From IMG/VR virus record IMGVR_UViG_3300044701_002822, positions 1-64,000 of that record: a stretch of DNA of 64,000 bases; one strand, 5' to 3'. Made by a program: the position numbers and the translations under genes. Source of the stretch: a virus. Within the stretch, counting starts at the first letter, position 1. Each line of letters begins with the position of its first letter. This document shows, one piece after another, positions 29,622 through 39,432 of the stretch. Below the pieces are notes generated by a model that did no database searches, was not told the origin of the DNA, and saw only the letters and a program-made list of their open reading frames with translations.

Positions 29622-30216
29622 AGAATATAATAACAATTTAGATTTAACAGAATACTATTGTCTTGCACATGAGCGTGGATTTTATAATAACAACAGCAAA
29701 GAAAAACTAGTTGACACTTGGTTACACATGGACCGTTGGCAAGTATGGATCCTTTACTACAACGATCAAGTTGTGGGCTCAATTGCTGCACACAGTTTAG
29801 AAGAACTAGGAGTATTAGGTGATGCATATCGTATTGCTGCTAGAACTTGTACGTTCGACGATTTAACTGGGCAACGTAAAACTTTAAGAACAGCAAACAC
29901 TATTATTGCAAAGCATCAAAATTTAACAGCACAGTTGCTATTGCCATTGTGCGTTGAGTGGGCAGGCAAAGACAAAGACCTATACATAAGTTCAAACGAA
30001 AACGACACAGGCACACAAAAGTACGTTCATAGACTGTATTGCCCAGGGCTTAAAAAAGCGGGCGTATTAGAAGAACCCGTTGACTTAGAATACAGAGGTG
30101 CTATTCAAAGTTTTTGGCGTATGAATGTTGATGAATTTTATCGTCAAATGGATGAACATTGGTGGCCCGAAGCACGAGCAGCACTAAATGCATATAGAGC
30201 ATCTATTGCAGAATGA
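29608..30216 (+). CDS. Hypothetical protein, possible GNAT-like fold
   Basis: VWILYYNDQVVGSIAAH...YRIAARTC strand pattern. Confidence 0.45.
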   Translation: MYKIKEYNNNLDLTEYYCLAHERGFYNNNSKEKLVDTWLHMDRWQVWILYYNDQVVGSIAAHSLEELGVLGDAYRIAARTCTFDDLTGQRKTLRTANTIIAKHQNLTAQLLLPLCVEWAGKDKDLYISSNENDTGTQKYVHRLYCPGLKKAGVLEEPVDLEYRGAIQSFWRMNVDEFYRQMDEHWWPEARAALNAYRASIAE

Positions 30217-30788
30217 TCTGAGTTAATACGTTTTAATTCTGTATAAACGTGATTGGTTAATTTCCATCTAAACTCCACTTGTCTAATACTGGGTTTTTGA
30301 GCCCAAAACATAATAGTCTCGACAACATCATCCAACGGGGTTGTGTAATCGCTGGTAAAAGCTGATGCATGATCTGTATCAACTGTTGTTCCTTCTAAGA
30401 AACTTAAATCAAGATGCAGTATAGGAATACCGTTGGGATTTATGCTTTCTAATCTGCAAGCTTCTGCAAGTGCTTGCTTGTCATGTACATAGTCAGTAGG
30501 AACAAGTTCCGGGTACAGTCTGCTTACACTACCCATTACGACCATCATACCAACTTTATCTTTTAGGGCGTGGAACAATTTCAATTGCTGAGAATCTCTA
30601 TAAGCATTATTGATAAACAATTCTGCACCGGATGCTTGCTCAACAATTTTATCAAAGTCTTTTTCAATGTCATAACCGTTGCTGCGACTCATACCTATTA
30701 TGTTATGACAGCTTACATCTTTAAATTTATCGTAAATGGCTTTTCCTATGCCACTTGTATGTCCTGTAATTATTATGTTTTTGCTCAT
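30144..30788 (-). CDS. Short-chain dehydrogenase/reductase-like protein (minimal)
   Basis: IIITGHTSGIG, INNA, MGS, YxxxK (YVHDK). Confidence 0.85.
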   Translation of the reverse strand: MSKNIIITGHTSGIGKAIYDKFKDVSCHNIIGMSRSNGYDIEKDFDKIVEQASGAELFINNAYRDSQQLKLFHALKDKVGMMVVMGSVSRLYPELVPTDYVHDKQALAEACRLESINPNGIPILHLDLSFLEGTTVDTDHASAFTSDYTTPLDDVVETIMFWAQKPSIRQVEFRWKLTNHVYTELKRINSDHSAIDALYAFSAARASGHQCSSI

Positions 30789-31258
30789 ACATTAAATCCT
30801 ATTTGTGTTATAGATGTATTTTTACACCAAAATTGTATAGTGTTCCAAATCAATTCATAATCCTCATATGACTTTCCAGTTAGTTTAAGATACAGCCACT
30901 GATGCCCTTCTAATACTGTTTTTTCAAAATATTTTTCTAATGTTTGTTTTTCTTGACTATACTGTGCCATTTTAGTATCAGCAAAGGTAGCTGCAATACT
31001 ACCCATCACTATAACTTTAATATCTTTTACATGTGTTAACTCTTTGAGATAATACAGCTGACTTCCGTTAGCGTGAGCATTTAATATTACAAAATCATCA
31101 GGTTCTACTTGATAACATATTTTCATAACATCTTTGCTAATATCATAACCGTTGTGTCTACTATAACCCCGCACTTCAGTTTTAGGCAATGACGTGTTAA
31201 ATTTGTCATACAAATATGCTCCTAATCCTCTGCTATTTCCTACAACATGAATTGTCAT
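30785..31258 (-). CDS. Short SDR-like protein (157 aa)
   Basis: VVGNSRGLG, ILNA, MGS, YSQEK. Tandem paralogue of 30144. Confidence 0.75.
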   Translation of the reverse strand: MTIHVVGNSRGLGAYLYDKFNTSLPKTEVRGYSRHNGYDISKDVMKICYQVEPDDFVILNAHANGSQLYYLKELTHVKDIKVIVMGSIAATFADTKMAQYSQEKQTLEKYFEKTVLEGHQWLYLKLTGKSYEDYELIWNTIQFWCKNTSITQIGFNV

Positions 31259-31425
31259 TTAACTAAATCATCAATACCATCAAAATAATCTATACCAACA
31301 ATATCTACAATTTGCTGATTTTCTTTTAAGGTTTTTAATTTTCTCCACAGTACAACATTTGCCCGTTGTATTTCCATAAACTTTTCTAAATAAAATTTGT
31401 CGGTTATTTCAGTTTTATTATTCAT
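31255..31425 (-). CDS. Small hypothetical protein (~56 aa)
   Basis: Fills the operon gap and overlaps both neighbours. Confidence 0.55.
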   Translation of the reverse strand: MNNKTEITDKFYLEKFMEIQRANVVLWRKLKTLKENQQIVDIVGIDYFDGIDDLVK

Positions 31426-32296
31426 AGTCTTTCCTTGAAGAATAGCCAACTCTAGGACGGTCGGCAAAAAAGCAACTGGCTATCCATTTAGTACCAGACG
31501 TAATTAATGTACTCTCGTGTATAGTGCTCCAGTTTGTTGCTTCGTCGTAACATTGTTTAAAATATAAAAAACTTCCTTTTTTAGGCTTTATATCTACACC
31601 AAGCTTAGGAAAACTTGTAATACCGCCTTCAAAGTCATCATTCAAATAAAATATGCCTGTTCCAACTCTATCGCCGCCGTGCTTGTAATAATTTATTTGC
31701 TTTGGATCATACGGATAGTCATGGTGTAAATCTAAGAATTGTCCTGTTTCATAATTGTAAATATCACAGGCTTCAATATGACTAAACGGTATTTGTGCAT
31801 ATTGTACAATAGCACTAGCTAGTATGTCATAATGTCTAGGATCCATGCCTAAACTTATACCTCTGTTTTCTACTTGTTCAGTAACTTGAGCAAAGCTTTC
31901 TTTCCTGCTTTGGTATCCGCTATTAGGATTCATGCTATCACGTATATGCTTTTCAACAATCGTATCACACTGCTCGTGTGTTAGTACATTTTCAAAAACA
32001 ACAATACTCGGAGTTTCGTAATACTCGACTTTTTTAACAATGGAATTTTCTTCAAAGCTGTTTTCAAAATCATAGTGTATTTTAAAATTGTTTGTATCTA
32101 ATACTCTTATATCAACTCCGTAATAACCGTACTCAGGATCTTCTTTTAAAATAAATTCAACAGTTTGATATTCAAACAATGTAGGTATATTGTGATTTAC
32201 CTCATGACGTTGTGCAATTACCATTTTACCTGTTTGTGATTTGATATAACCAAAGCCTTTGGCTTCATTGTACCATTTTACTATACCACGTTCCAT
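31418..32296 (-). CDS. Cold-shock domain fused to prolyl-4-hydroxylase-like 2OG-Fe(II) dioxygenase
   Basis: N-terminal GIVKWYNEAKGFGYI (CSD RNP1). C-terminal Y..GQ....HHD, DRVGT..FYLND...GG.T.FP....KPKKG, HE...ITSG.KW (P4H). Confidence 0.85.
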   Translation of the reverse strand: MERGIVKWYNEAKGFGYIKSQTGKMVIAQRHEVNHNIPTLFEYQTVEFILKEDPEYGYYGVDIRVLDTNNFKIHYDFENSFEENSIVKKVEYYETPSIVVFENVLTHEQCDTIVEKHIRDSMNPNSGYQSRKESFAQVTEQVENRGISLGMDPRHYDILASAIVQYAQIPFSHIEACDIYNYETGQFLDLHHDYPYDPKQINYYKHGGDRVGTGIFYLNDDFEGGITSFPKLGVDIKPKKGSFLYFKQCYDEATNWSTIHESTLITSGTKWIASCFFADRPRVGYSSRKDYE

Positions 32297-32299
32297 ACA

Positions 32300-32842
32300 T
32301 CACCATATGTTAAAAAGATATTTAGGCTTAAAGCCACTGTTGCCGCCGGCATGCCAACTGGTTCTTGCGGGCCATTCATACACAGATCCTTGTTCTTGAT
32401 AGTACAGGCATTCTTCGTTTACTATAAACACATGACCAAAATCTGGTTTACCTATGTGACAATGAAACCGACGTATACCTTCTACTTTTGAAAGTTGTTG
32501 TTCATCGTCATGAACGTCCCAATGCAACGCTGCAATTCTTCCAATATTAACTCTGCTTATCCACGCCGTCTTGTAAGAATCAATACCTACAAAATTACAA
32601 AATTTATCAACTACTGCTTGATCAAATTCGTGTCCCGGTAAAAACATATCCCATTCTACTGTGCCTCCCGAACTTGCTGTTTTTAATCCAGCCGCTTCCC
32701 ACATATCAAGAATTGAATCCAGTCCCGGTAAGTTATCGCCACGCTTGTGACTAGGACCCACATAATGCGGTTGTGTGTTTTCACAATCTGCTATTACTGC
32801 ATCCCAGTCTATTATATTAGAGCAGTTTCCTACATACTTCAT
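32300..32842 (-). CDS. AspH-like 2OG-Fe(II) oxygenase
   Basis: LHWD, GHVF, QGSVYEW, WHAGGN....K. Confidence 0.7.
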   Translation of the reverse strand: MKYVGNCSNIIDWDAVIADCENTQPHYVGPSHKRGDNLPGLDSILDMWEAAGLKTASSGGTVEWDMFLPGHEFDQAVVDKFCNFVGIDSYKTAWISRVNIGRIAALHWDVHDDEQQLSKVEGIRRFHCHIGKPDFGHVFIVNEECLYYQEQGSVYEWPARTSWHAGGNSGFKPKYLFNIW

Positions 32843-33411
32843 TATCTTGGCTTTCCTAAAAAATGAAACAGGTAATGCGGTTCGAACCCAAGATTAATTC
32901 CACTATGCCAGTTTTTATAACTATCCCATTCCCACACATCGCCCTGTGGCATGTTATAGAATGCATGTTTTTCTAAAGGAAGTATATGTCCTGTTTGTGG
33001 TTTTTGCATAAACACTACATATCTACGTAACTCGCCTTCAGCTAACCATTCTTCTTCGTGATCCTCAATATCCCAATGCCATGGAACAATTTTTCCTGGA
33101 AACACTTCACTTACAAAAACACGACGAGGATCTGCGTTAACAAAGTTTGCAATTTTTTCTTGCACGTCAATTGCAAAATGTTCACCAGGATAATAGTCAA
33201 ACCATTCTATTTCTTTCATGTTGTATCCTGCATCAATCCAGTTTTTCATTAATACATGATAGTCACTTAATAGTTCTCCTTCGGCATATTCTTCAGAACG
33301 TTCTATTACACCAGAAGGAGTATTCTTGTCGCCGTGATTGCTTTCTCTGCAAATTTTTACAATACTGTTCCAATCTATAATGTCGGATGTGTTTCCGATA
33401 TATTTAGGCAT
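32842..33411 (-). CDS. AspH-like 2OG-Fe(II) oxygenase
   Basis: PGKIVPWHWD, GH, QGDVWEW, WHSGIN. Tandem paralogue of 32300 (both begin KY.GN.S.IIDW). Confidence 0.7.
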   Translation of the reverse strand: MPKYIGNTSDIIDWNSIVKICRESNHGDKNTPSGVIERSEEYAEGELLSDYHVLMKNWIDAGYNMKEIEWFDYYPGEHFAIDVQEKIANFVNADPRRVFVSEVFPGKIVPWHWDIEDHEEEWLAEGELRRYVVFMQKPQTGHILPLEKHAFYNMPQGDVWEWDSYKNWHSGINLGFEPHYLFHFLGKPR

Positions 33412-34081
33412 CGAATATTTCCTCATATATGTAATTCATATTACTTTTGCCCCAAAGAACATGTGTGCTTAAACTACGTTTAAACATTTTTTCTAAATCG
33501 ATTAATCCGTTATTGCGTGGTCCAGTTTCGTCTAATCTAAATCTTGCACTATCATGAACTATTGCTTCCATGTATCGTTCTTCTATGTATGGACGATCAA
33601 TCGGAACAACTCCATACCAGTCTATTGCTCTCATATTACCGTGATTGTCAATGTAATGGCAATGAGGATACATTGTTAATTTATAGTAACCTGTATTATA
33701 TTGATCCGTTACAATATTTTTTATCATTTCAAACCAACGCAAATCTAGCATGAAATGTCGATATATTGTATGATTACAATTATTATTATACCACTTTATA
33801 AAAATACGTTTGCGTTGATGATCTATATCGATAACTTCTGGTGCATAAGGTTTATTAGCAAACAGTTCTATATACTTTACTTCTTGTTCGAAAAAATAAT
33901 CGCACACTTCTTTTGTGTACAAAGGTCTTTCGCCGTCTTGCCGCTGGTACTTGTTTTGCCAATCATAATTTGCACAAAACGTTTTTCCGTCTAAACTTAT
34001 CAACGGTTCATACGTCTGTTGAGCCATACCTATATTACTGTCGTGGTATTTTAGATATGGTATCCAATTACTGATATTCAT
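33404..34081 (-). CDS. Protein-kinase-like fold protein with atypical catalytic loop
   Basis: YEPLIS.DGKTFC, EVKYI, APEVIDID, GYYKLTMYPH, RAIDWYG. Confidence 0.5.
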   Translation of the reverse strand: MNISNWIPYLKYHDSNIGMAQQTYEPLISLDGKTFCANYDWQNKYQRQDGERPLYTKEVCDYFFEQEVKYIELFANKPYAPEVIDIDHQRKRIFIKWYNNNCNHTIYRHFMLDLRWFEMIKNIVTDQYNTGYYKLTMYPHCHYIDNHGNMRAIDWYGVVPIDRPYIEERYMEAIVHDSARFRLDETGPRNNGLIDLEKMFKRSLSTHVLWGKSNMNYIYEEIFDA

Positions 34082-34724
34082 ATTTAAACTGCTCCGGTAT
34101 TTGTTTGACACATTCGTTTATATAGATACTTTCCAAATCAAAGTAAACACTTGCCATACTTACTTCAAAATTATTGATTATACCACGCTTTACTGCATTG
34201 TTAAGCCACGGGCTAAGTGCATTATCAAATCTGTAACGTGCGTTTTCTCCAGATAAACGTATAAAAAAATTAACAGGATTGATCAACTTATTGTAAGGCA
34301 ATAATTCTCTTACTAACAATTGTACTCTAGAATATTCTCCTGCGTTTATTGCTGTGTGTATTCTTCCTGCATCCATACGATACCATATGCCATCTTGAGT
34401 TAAGGGGTACGAAACATTATATTCAAGATCATGTAGACTGCAATATGTGCCAGAAAGATTTAAATGATATCTATCGTCAATATCTGCATGAGCAAAATAA
34501 CACTTGCCAGGTTCTAATTTTACTAATCTTGCTTCACCTATAGGAAATGATAAAGCTTCAATTGCAGTGGCAATTGCAGTGTCTTTATATTCTGGCAATA
34601 TTTCCCAAGGATCATAAAAAAAATTTCCTGTAGAACGATTCAATGCTAGTTTGCCGTCTTGAGCATACTCCGCACACACAGGCAAAATATCTTTGTAAAC
34701 ACTATATTCTGTTTTTTGTAACAT
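34068..34724 (-). CDS. AspH-like 2OG-Fe(II) oxygenase
   Basis: ARLVKLEPGKCYFAHADIDDRYH, HTAIN....R. Confidence 0.75.
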   Translation of the reverse strand: MLQKTEYSVYKDILPVCAEYAQDGKLALNRSTGNFFYDPWEILPEYKDTAIATAIEALSFPIGEARLVKLEPGKCYFAHADIDDRYHLNLSGTYCSLHDLEYNVSYPLTQDGIWYRMDAGRIHTAINAGEYSRVQLLVRELLPYNKLINPVNFFIRLSGENARYRFDNALSPWLNNAVKRGIINNFEVSMASVYFDLESIYINECVKQIPEQFKYEYQ

Positions 34725-34780
34725 ACAGATATTTACCGCATTATCTTTAAGTGCGTATATAACTTGATAAGTACGTTATG
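34722..34780. promoter_or_regulatory. Divergent late-type leaderless promoters
   Basis: (-) TAAATA at 34730-34735, 5 nt from ATG 34724. (+) TAAGTA at 34768-34773, 4 nt from ATG 34778. TGCGTATAT at 34752-34760. Confidence 0.65.
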
Positions 34781-35473
34781 TACATTGATGGCGTAAATAT
34801 ACCTCTAGAAAAATCTTGGAAGCGTATAGGTGTAAGTTTAAGCGGCGGTGCTGACAGTGCATTGCTTGCCTATTTGTTGTTGAGAAACACCGATGCAGAT
34901 TTTTATTTTACAACACAAATACGAATGTGGAAAACTAGACCATGGCAAAAATACGTTGCCAAGGATGTTGTAGGTTGGTTTACAGAAAAATTTAAAAACA
35001 AGATCTTTCATTTAGAAAATTTTGTTCCGCCGGAAATGGAAGAACCTAATACAACTTTTATTACTGACGAATACGGCAAATCTAAACCTGGAAATAGAAT
35101 TATTCTTAGGGCATACAACGAATATGCTGCCCATACATATAAATTAGATGCATGGTACGCTGGTGTAAATCTAAACCCTAGTGAAATATTCAACGGTGCT
35201 CCACAAGACAGAAACAATGCTGTTATTCCTGTTCAATTAGAACACATGGGTATTCCAGTAATTCATCCTTTTGTGAATATACAAAAAGACTGGATCATAC
35301 GACAGTATATAAATCAAGGTGTTGGTGAGTTGCTAGAAATTACACGCAGTTGCGAAGGTGAGTTTACAAACTTAGATTATACAAATTATAAACCTTATCA
35401 ACCGGTACCTGTATGTGGAACTTGTTTTTGGTGTAAAGAAAGAGAATGGGGCATATCAAATGCACTCAAGTAA
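34778..35473 (+). CDS. QueC-like PP-loop ATP pyrophosphatase
   Basis: LSGGADS, HPF...K, TRSC, CGTCFWCKER. Confidence 0.8.
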   Translation: MYIDGVNIPLEKSWKRIGVSLSGGADSALLAYLLLRNTDADFYFTTQIRMWKTRPWQKYVAKDVVGWFTEKFKNKIFHLENFVPPEMEEPNTTFITDEYGKSKPGNRIILRAYNEYAAHTYKLDAWYAGVNLNPSEIFNGAPQDRNNAVIPVQLEHMGIPVIHPFVNIQKDWIIRQYINQGVGELLEITRSCEGEFTNLDYTNYKPYQPVPVCGTCFWCKEREWGISNALK

Positions 35474-36725
35474 AACCTTTTGTATGCATCCTTTTACAGG
35501 ACTTGCTACACGAGAAGACGGAGCAATTAAAGTTTGCTGCCGCAGCCAACCTGTTGGATGGATACAAAACGAAAGTTTAGAATCGGCTTGGAACAACGAT
35601 ACTATGAAACGTATACGTCGACAGGTGCTCAACGATCAACAACCTGCAGAATGTGTTCCATGCTTTGATTTAGAAGCACAGGGTGTCGAAAGTTTAAGAC
35701 AGCGGCACATACGAGATAGTTTTCCTGATGCTCGTGTTAATTTGTACCCAAATGCATTAGATAAATTAAACGACGATTACACTATGCCATTTGAATTTCC
35801 TACAATTGAAATCAAAATTAACAATCTATGTAACTTAAAATGTCGTATGTGCAACCCGTTAGACAGCACTCAATGGAAAGACTGGGAAAGTGTAGAAGAG
35901 TTTTATGCTGCGGAAAACAACTATCTTGTAGATGCTGTTCGTAAGCTAGGATTAACCAAGGCACCGTTTGTAGGACTGTTCGAAGATACAGCTGAGTTTT
36001 GGAACAATTTGGAAAAACTGTTGCCTTACTTTAGACGTGTAGAATTTGCCGGTGGCGAACCGCTGATGGATCCTACACATTACAAGATATTAGATGTACT
36101 TGCACGTAACGGTAAGAACATAGAAATAAAGTACGCTACAAACGGCACAGTGACGGGTATAAAGGGCGGAAGGACAATACACGACTATTGGCCCAAATTT
36201 AAAAGAGTAAGCGTAAACGTAAGCATAGACGGGCTGTATGACGTGTATGAATACATACGCGGCAACGGAGACTTTGAAACTGTAAAGCAGAATGTAGAAA
36301 TATTTAAAAGTTTTCCTAATGTAGATTATGTTGTAGGTGCATGTACAGTACAAGTTGGCAATATTATGCAGTTGCCCGACATCATTCCTTACTTCTTAAA
36401 CGAAATGGGCATTGTGTTTTATTCTCACAGAGTAAATTATCCTAATGTATTAAGTGCTCAAACCGTTCACCCTAAATTAAAACTTAAAGTAGTTAGACAA
36501 TTAGAAATGTTAAAAGCAGAAGTGGCAAATTATCCTATAATGAATTTGCACAAAGATGTGTTGCCAGTAACACTGAGACAAATTGATGACAACATAAACT
36601 TTTTACAAGCACGTGACTTGCACAGCAAATGGACACAAACTGTAGCATTTAATCATCGCTTAGACAGTACACGCAAACAAGGACCTTTTGAAAAGGTTAT
36701 ACCTGAATATGCTCCGTACATTTGA
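35460..36725 (+). CDS. Radical SAM protein with N-terminal twitch-like domain
   Basis: FCMHPF...VCC...CVPC; CNLKCRMC; FAGGEP; SIDG. Confidence 0.93.
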   Translation: MHSSKTFCMHPFTGLATREDGAIKVCCRSQPVGWIQNESLESAWNNDTMKRIRRQVLNDQQPAECVPCFDLEAQGVESLRQRHIRDSFPDARVNLYPNALDKLNDDYTMPFEFPTIEIKINNLCNLKCRMCNPLDSTQWKDWESVEEFYAAENNYLVDAVRKLGLTKAPFVGLFEDTAEFWNNLEKLLPYFRRVEFAGGEPLMDPTHYKILDVLARNGKNIEIKYATNGTVTGIKGGRTIHDYWPKFKRVSVNVSIDGLYDVYEYIRGNGDFETVKQNVEIFKSFPNVDYVVGACTVQVGNIMQLPDIIPYFLNEMGIVFYSHRVNYPNVLSAQTVHPKLKLKVVRQLEMLKAEVANYPIMNLHKDVLPVTLRQIDDNINFLQARDLHSKWTQTVAFNHRLDSTRKQGPFEKVIPEYAPYI

Positions 36726-37542
36726 AATAGAAATAGGCAATAATGCCGACAGTAGTAAAATTGAGTTTTATATCCTACAAACTGATATTGCACAACTATG
36801 GGCAAAAGAAATTGCAAAAAAATATCCATTGTACGAAACCAACAGATTTACCAACTGGCCTAACAGTACAAAAAGCAAAGCATACTACGAATATTATCTT
36901 AAACTTCATATGAATAACATACAAGAATACGGGCATGTTATTGATATAGAAGATTTCGATTTTCAAAATGCACTGAACGAGATGCATAAACATTTTGAAG
37001 ATTTGCGTGGTCATATCGATTATCCTTCCAAATGGTACCAATCTGCACCGGCAAAAGTTAAAAACAGTGTTGATAAATTTAACGTGTTAATACACGAATA
37101 TGAAAACTTGTTAGAAGAAGAAAAACAAAGTTTTCGTAATCCTACTATTGTATGCACATTTAGTGACAGGCCTAAGTTTGATTTGTTGGAAGAACATTAC
37201 AAACATTTTACACATTGCTGGGAACACGGAACTGTTTATATAAATTATTGCGAGGTAGGAAAGCCATTATTAGATGTGTTTAAGGACAAGGACGATCATG
37301 CAGAAGCAATACGTCCTCAAAGCACATGGAGTGCAGATTTTATGATCAAGTTTGGTCCAAGTGTTACAGAATCTTTTGCTGCACACAAAGAAAAACAGTT
37401 TATAGAATGGTATAAACAAAAAGGATTTGACTTTGAACATCTTAGTTTAGGTATGATACCAGTTGCTAAAATTAAAAAACCAGTTGATTTAAACAAATAT
37501 AAAAGTTATAATAGAGTTATAAATGTTACGTGTAGAAAATAG
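36709..37542 (+). CDS. Hypothetical protein
   Basis: Long coupled ORF with LNEMHKHFE / FNVLIHEYE His-Glu helices and YINYCEVGK. Confidence 0.7.
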   Translation: MLRTFEIEIGNNADSSKIEFYILQTDIAQLWAKEIAKKYPLYETNRFTNWPNSTKSKAYYEYYLKLHMNNIQEYGHVIDIEDFDFQNALNEMHKHFEDLRGHIDYPSKWYQSAPAKVKNSVDKFNVLIHEYENLLEEEKQSFRNPTIVCTFSDRPKFDLLEEHYKHFTHCWEHGTVYINYCEVGKPLLDVFKDKDDHAEAIRPQSTWSADFMIKFGPSVTESFAAHKEKQFIEWYKQKGFDFEHLSLGMIPVAKIKKPVDLNKYKSYNRVINVTCRK

Positions 37543-38410
37543 ATGGCCGCACTATTATGATAGTTGCAAAATAGAATGGAACATAGGAAAAAGATGCAAC
37601 CTTGATTGCACATATTGCCCTGCTGAAATTCATGACAATCATAGTCAACACAGGCCTATAGAAGAATTAGAATCTGTTGCCAATACCATTTCATCTATTC
37701 CTAATGTTAGAGTTAGTTTAACCGGTGGCGAACCTTGTGTACATCCTAAATTTGAAAGTTTAATTTGGTATTTAAAAGCAAGAGTAAAATGGATTAGTGT
37801 TACAACAAATGCAACAAGAAACGGACGCTGGTACGCTAATCTTCCTGTTGATTACATAGTGTTTAGTTTACATTACGAAGATGTTAGTTGGAAAACAAGA
37901 TTACTAAGCATTTTAGATTTTGATAATTTTAAATATCAACAACAATACCATGTAAACATAATGGCACATCACGAACATATGGACAAAGTAAAAGAATCAG
38001 TTCGTGCGTTTCAAGCCCATAATGTTCCATATGCTATTCGAAGAATACGCTGGACAGAAAAACACGATTGGTTTGATGATTTAAAATATCAACCTGCTGA
38101 TTTAGAGTGGATAATCAGTAACGAAGCAACAGCAGCACCAAATACATTAATCGATAACAAAGAATTAGCACACACCAACGACTTAATCAAAGAACACAAA
38201 AATAAATTTAAAGGCTGGACTTGCAGAGCCGGTATAGAAAGTCTAATGATAAATTGGGATGGCGAAGTACATAGAGCTACATGTAGAGTAGGCGGGAGTT
38301 TAGGAAACATTTATACAGGAAATTTTCAAATACCTAGTGACCCAGTAGTATGCACCAGAGAATGGTGTACTTGTGCAGCAGATGTGAACATAACAAAATG
38401 GAAGCAATAA
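37523..38410 (+). CDS. Radical SAM protein (W-x-x-x-x-x-CxxxCxxC subfamily) with C-terminal Cys cluster
   Basis: EWNIGKRCNLDCTYC, TGGEP, FSLH, NKFKGWTC...C...CTREWCTC. Confidence 0.93.
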   Translation: MLRVENRWPHYYDSCKIEWNIGKRCNLDCTYCPAEIHDNHSQHRPIEELESVANTISSIPNVRVSLTGGEPCVHPKFESLIWYLKARVKWISVTTNATRNGRWYANLPVDYIVFSLHYEDVSWKTRLLSILDFDNFKYQQQYHVNIMAHHEHMDKVKESVRAFQAHNVPYAIRRIRWTEKHDWFDDLKYQPADLEWIISNEATAAPNTLIDNKELAHTNDLIKEHKNKFKGWTCRAGIESLMINWDGEVHRATCRVGGSLGNIYTGNFQIPSDPVVCTREWCTCAADVNITKWKQ

Positions 38411-39432
38411 ATTTAAAAAACAACGAACCTATGATGATTACCTGGGACACAGGTAGACGTTGTAACTTTGATTGTAGTTATTGTGATTTGTCTAGACATA
38501 ATTTAACTAGTCCGCTTACATCTTTAGAAGATCTTAGAAATACATATAAGTTTATACAAGATTATACAACAATATACAATCAACCAAATGCTAATATAGC
38601 ATTTACTGGTGGCGAACCAACAATTAATCCAAACTTTTGGATCCTAATCAACGAAATAGAAAAGTACACTCTAGGATTAACTACCAATGGCACGTTTGCT
38701 CCTAAACATTTAGATACTATAAAACAAAAGTTTGTAGCAGCAACTATTAGTTGGCATGCCGAGATTGATAAAAAATTGCGAGACAGAGCTATTAACAATG
38801 CCATTGAATTACATCGTTCAGGTTTTGATGTGCGTGTTAATGTAATGATGCACAGTGATTTATGGTTAGACTGTGTAATAGCACATGATAAACTGGTCAG
38901 CGAAGGTGTAAAAACAAATCCTGTAATTGTAGGCGACGGACTTACTGGCAATACTGATTTTTTCAAAGACGAAACTGGTATACTAAGAAGAACCAGCCAT
39001 TCTTATACTGTGGAACAGCAAGAATGGTTTTATAAAGTTAAAAATTTAGACATTCAAACAATCGATAAAATAAAAGCCGGTAATCAGCTGCCTAGAAGTT
39101 GTTGCGGTAATAGAGATCTAATGGGAAAATGCAACGGGTGCTGGTCAAATATAACTGCAATTGAAACAAACTTTAAAGGTTGGTATTGCAGTGTTAACAA
39201 ATATTTCATGCATATAGAACAGCATACAGGAAATGTTTATCATCATCAAACATGTCAAGCAACATTTCAAGGCAAAGGTCCTATCGGCAATTTAAAAAAT
39301 AGTGTCGGAATATTAGAATATGCAAAACAAAACTTACAAAATACAATTGTATGTCCTAATAATCGTTGCGGCTGCGGAATGTGTGCTCCTAAAGCACTTG
39401 ATAAGATTGAATTTGATCGTTTGGTTTATTAA
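38398..39432 (+). CDS. Radical SAM protein (same subfamily as 37523)
   Basis: WDTGRRCNFDCSYC, TGGEP, SWH, CCG, FKGWYC, CPNNRCGCGMC. Confidence 0.92.
   Translation: MEAINLKNNEPMMITWDTGRRCNFDCSYCDLSRHNLTSPLTSLEDLRNTYKFIQDYTTIYNQPNANIAFTGGEPTINPNFWILINEIEKYTLGLTTNGTFAPKHLDTIKQKFVAATISWHAEIDKKLRDRAINNAIELHRSGFDVRVNVMMHSDLWLDCVIAHDKLVSEGVKTNPVIVGDGLTGNTDFFKDETGILRRTSHSYTVEQQEWFYKVKNLDIQTIDKIKAGNQLPRSCCGNRDLMGKCNGCWSNITAIETNFKGWYCSVNKYFMHIEQHTGNVYHHQTCQATFQGKGPIGNLKNSVGILEYAKQNLQNTIVCPNNRCGCGMCAPKALDKIEFDRLVY

Noticed and set aside
31255-31425. Small ORF as a RiPP precursor
   Set aside because: It has no leader, Cys/Ser/Thr-rich core or repeats, and no peptidase or transporter is nearby. It reads like a small helical protein.
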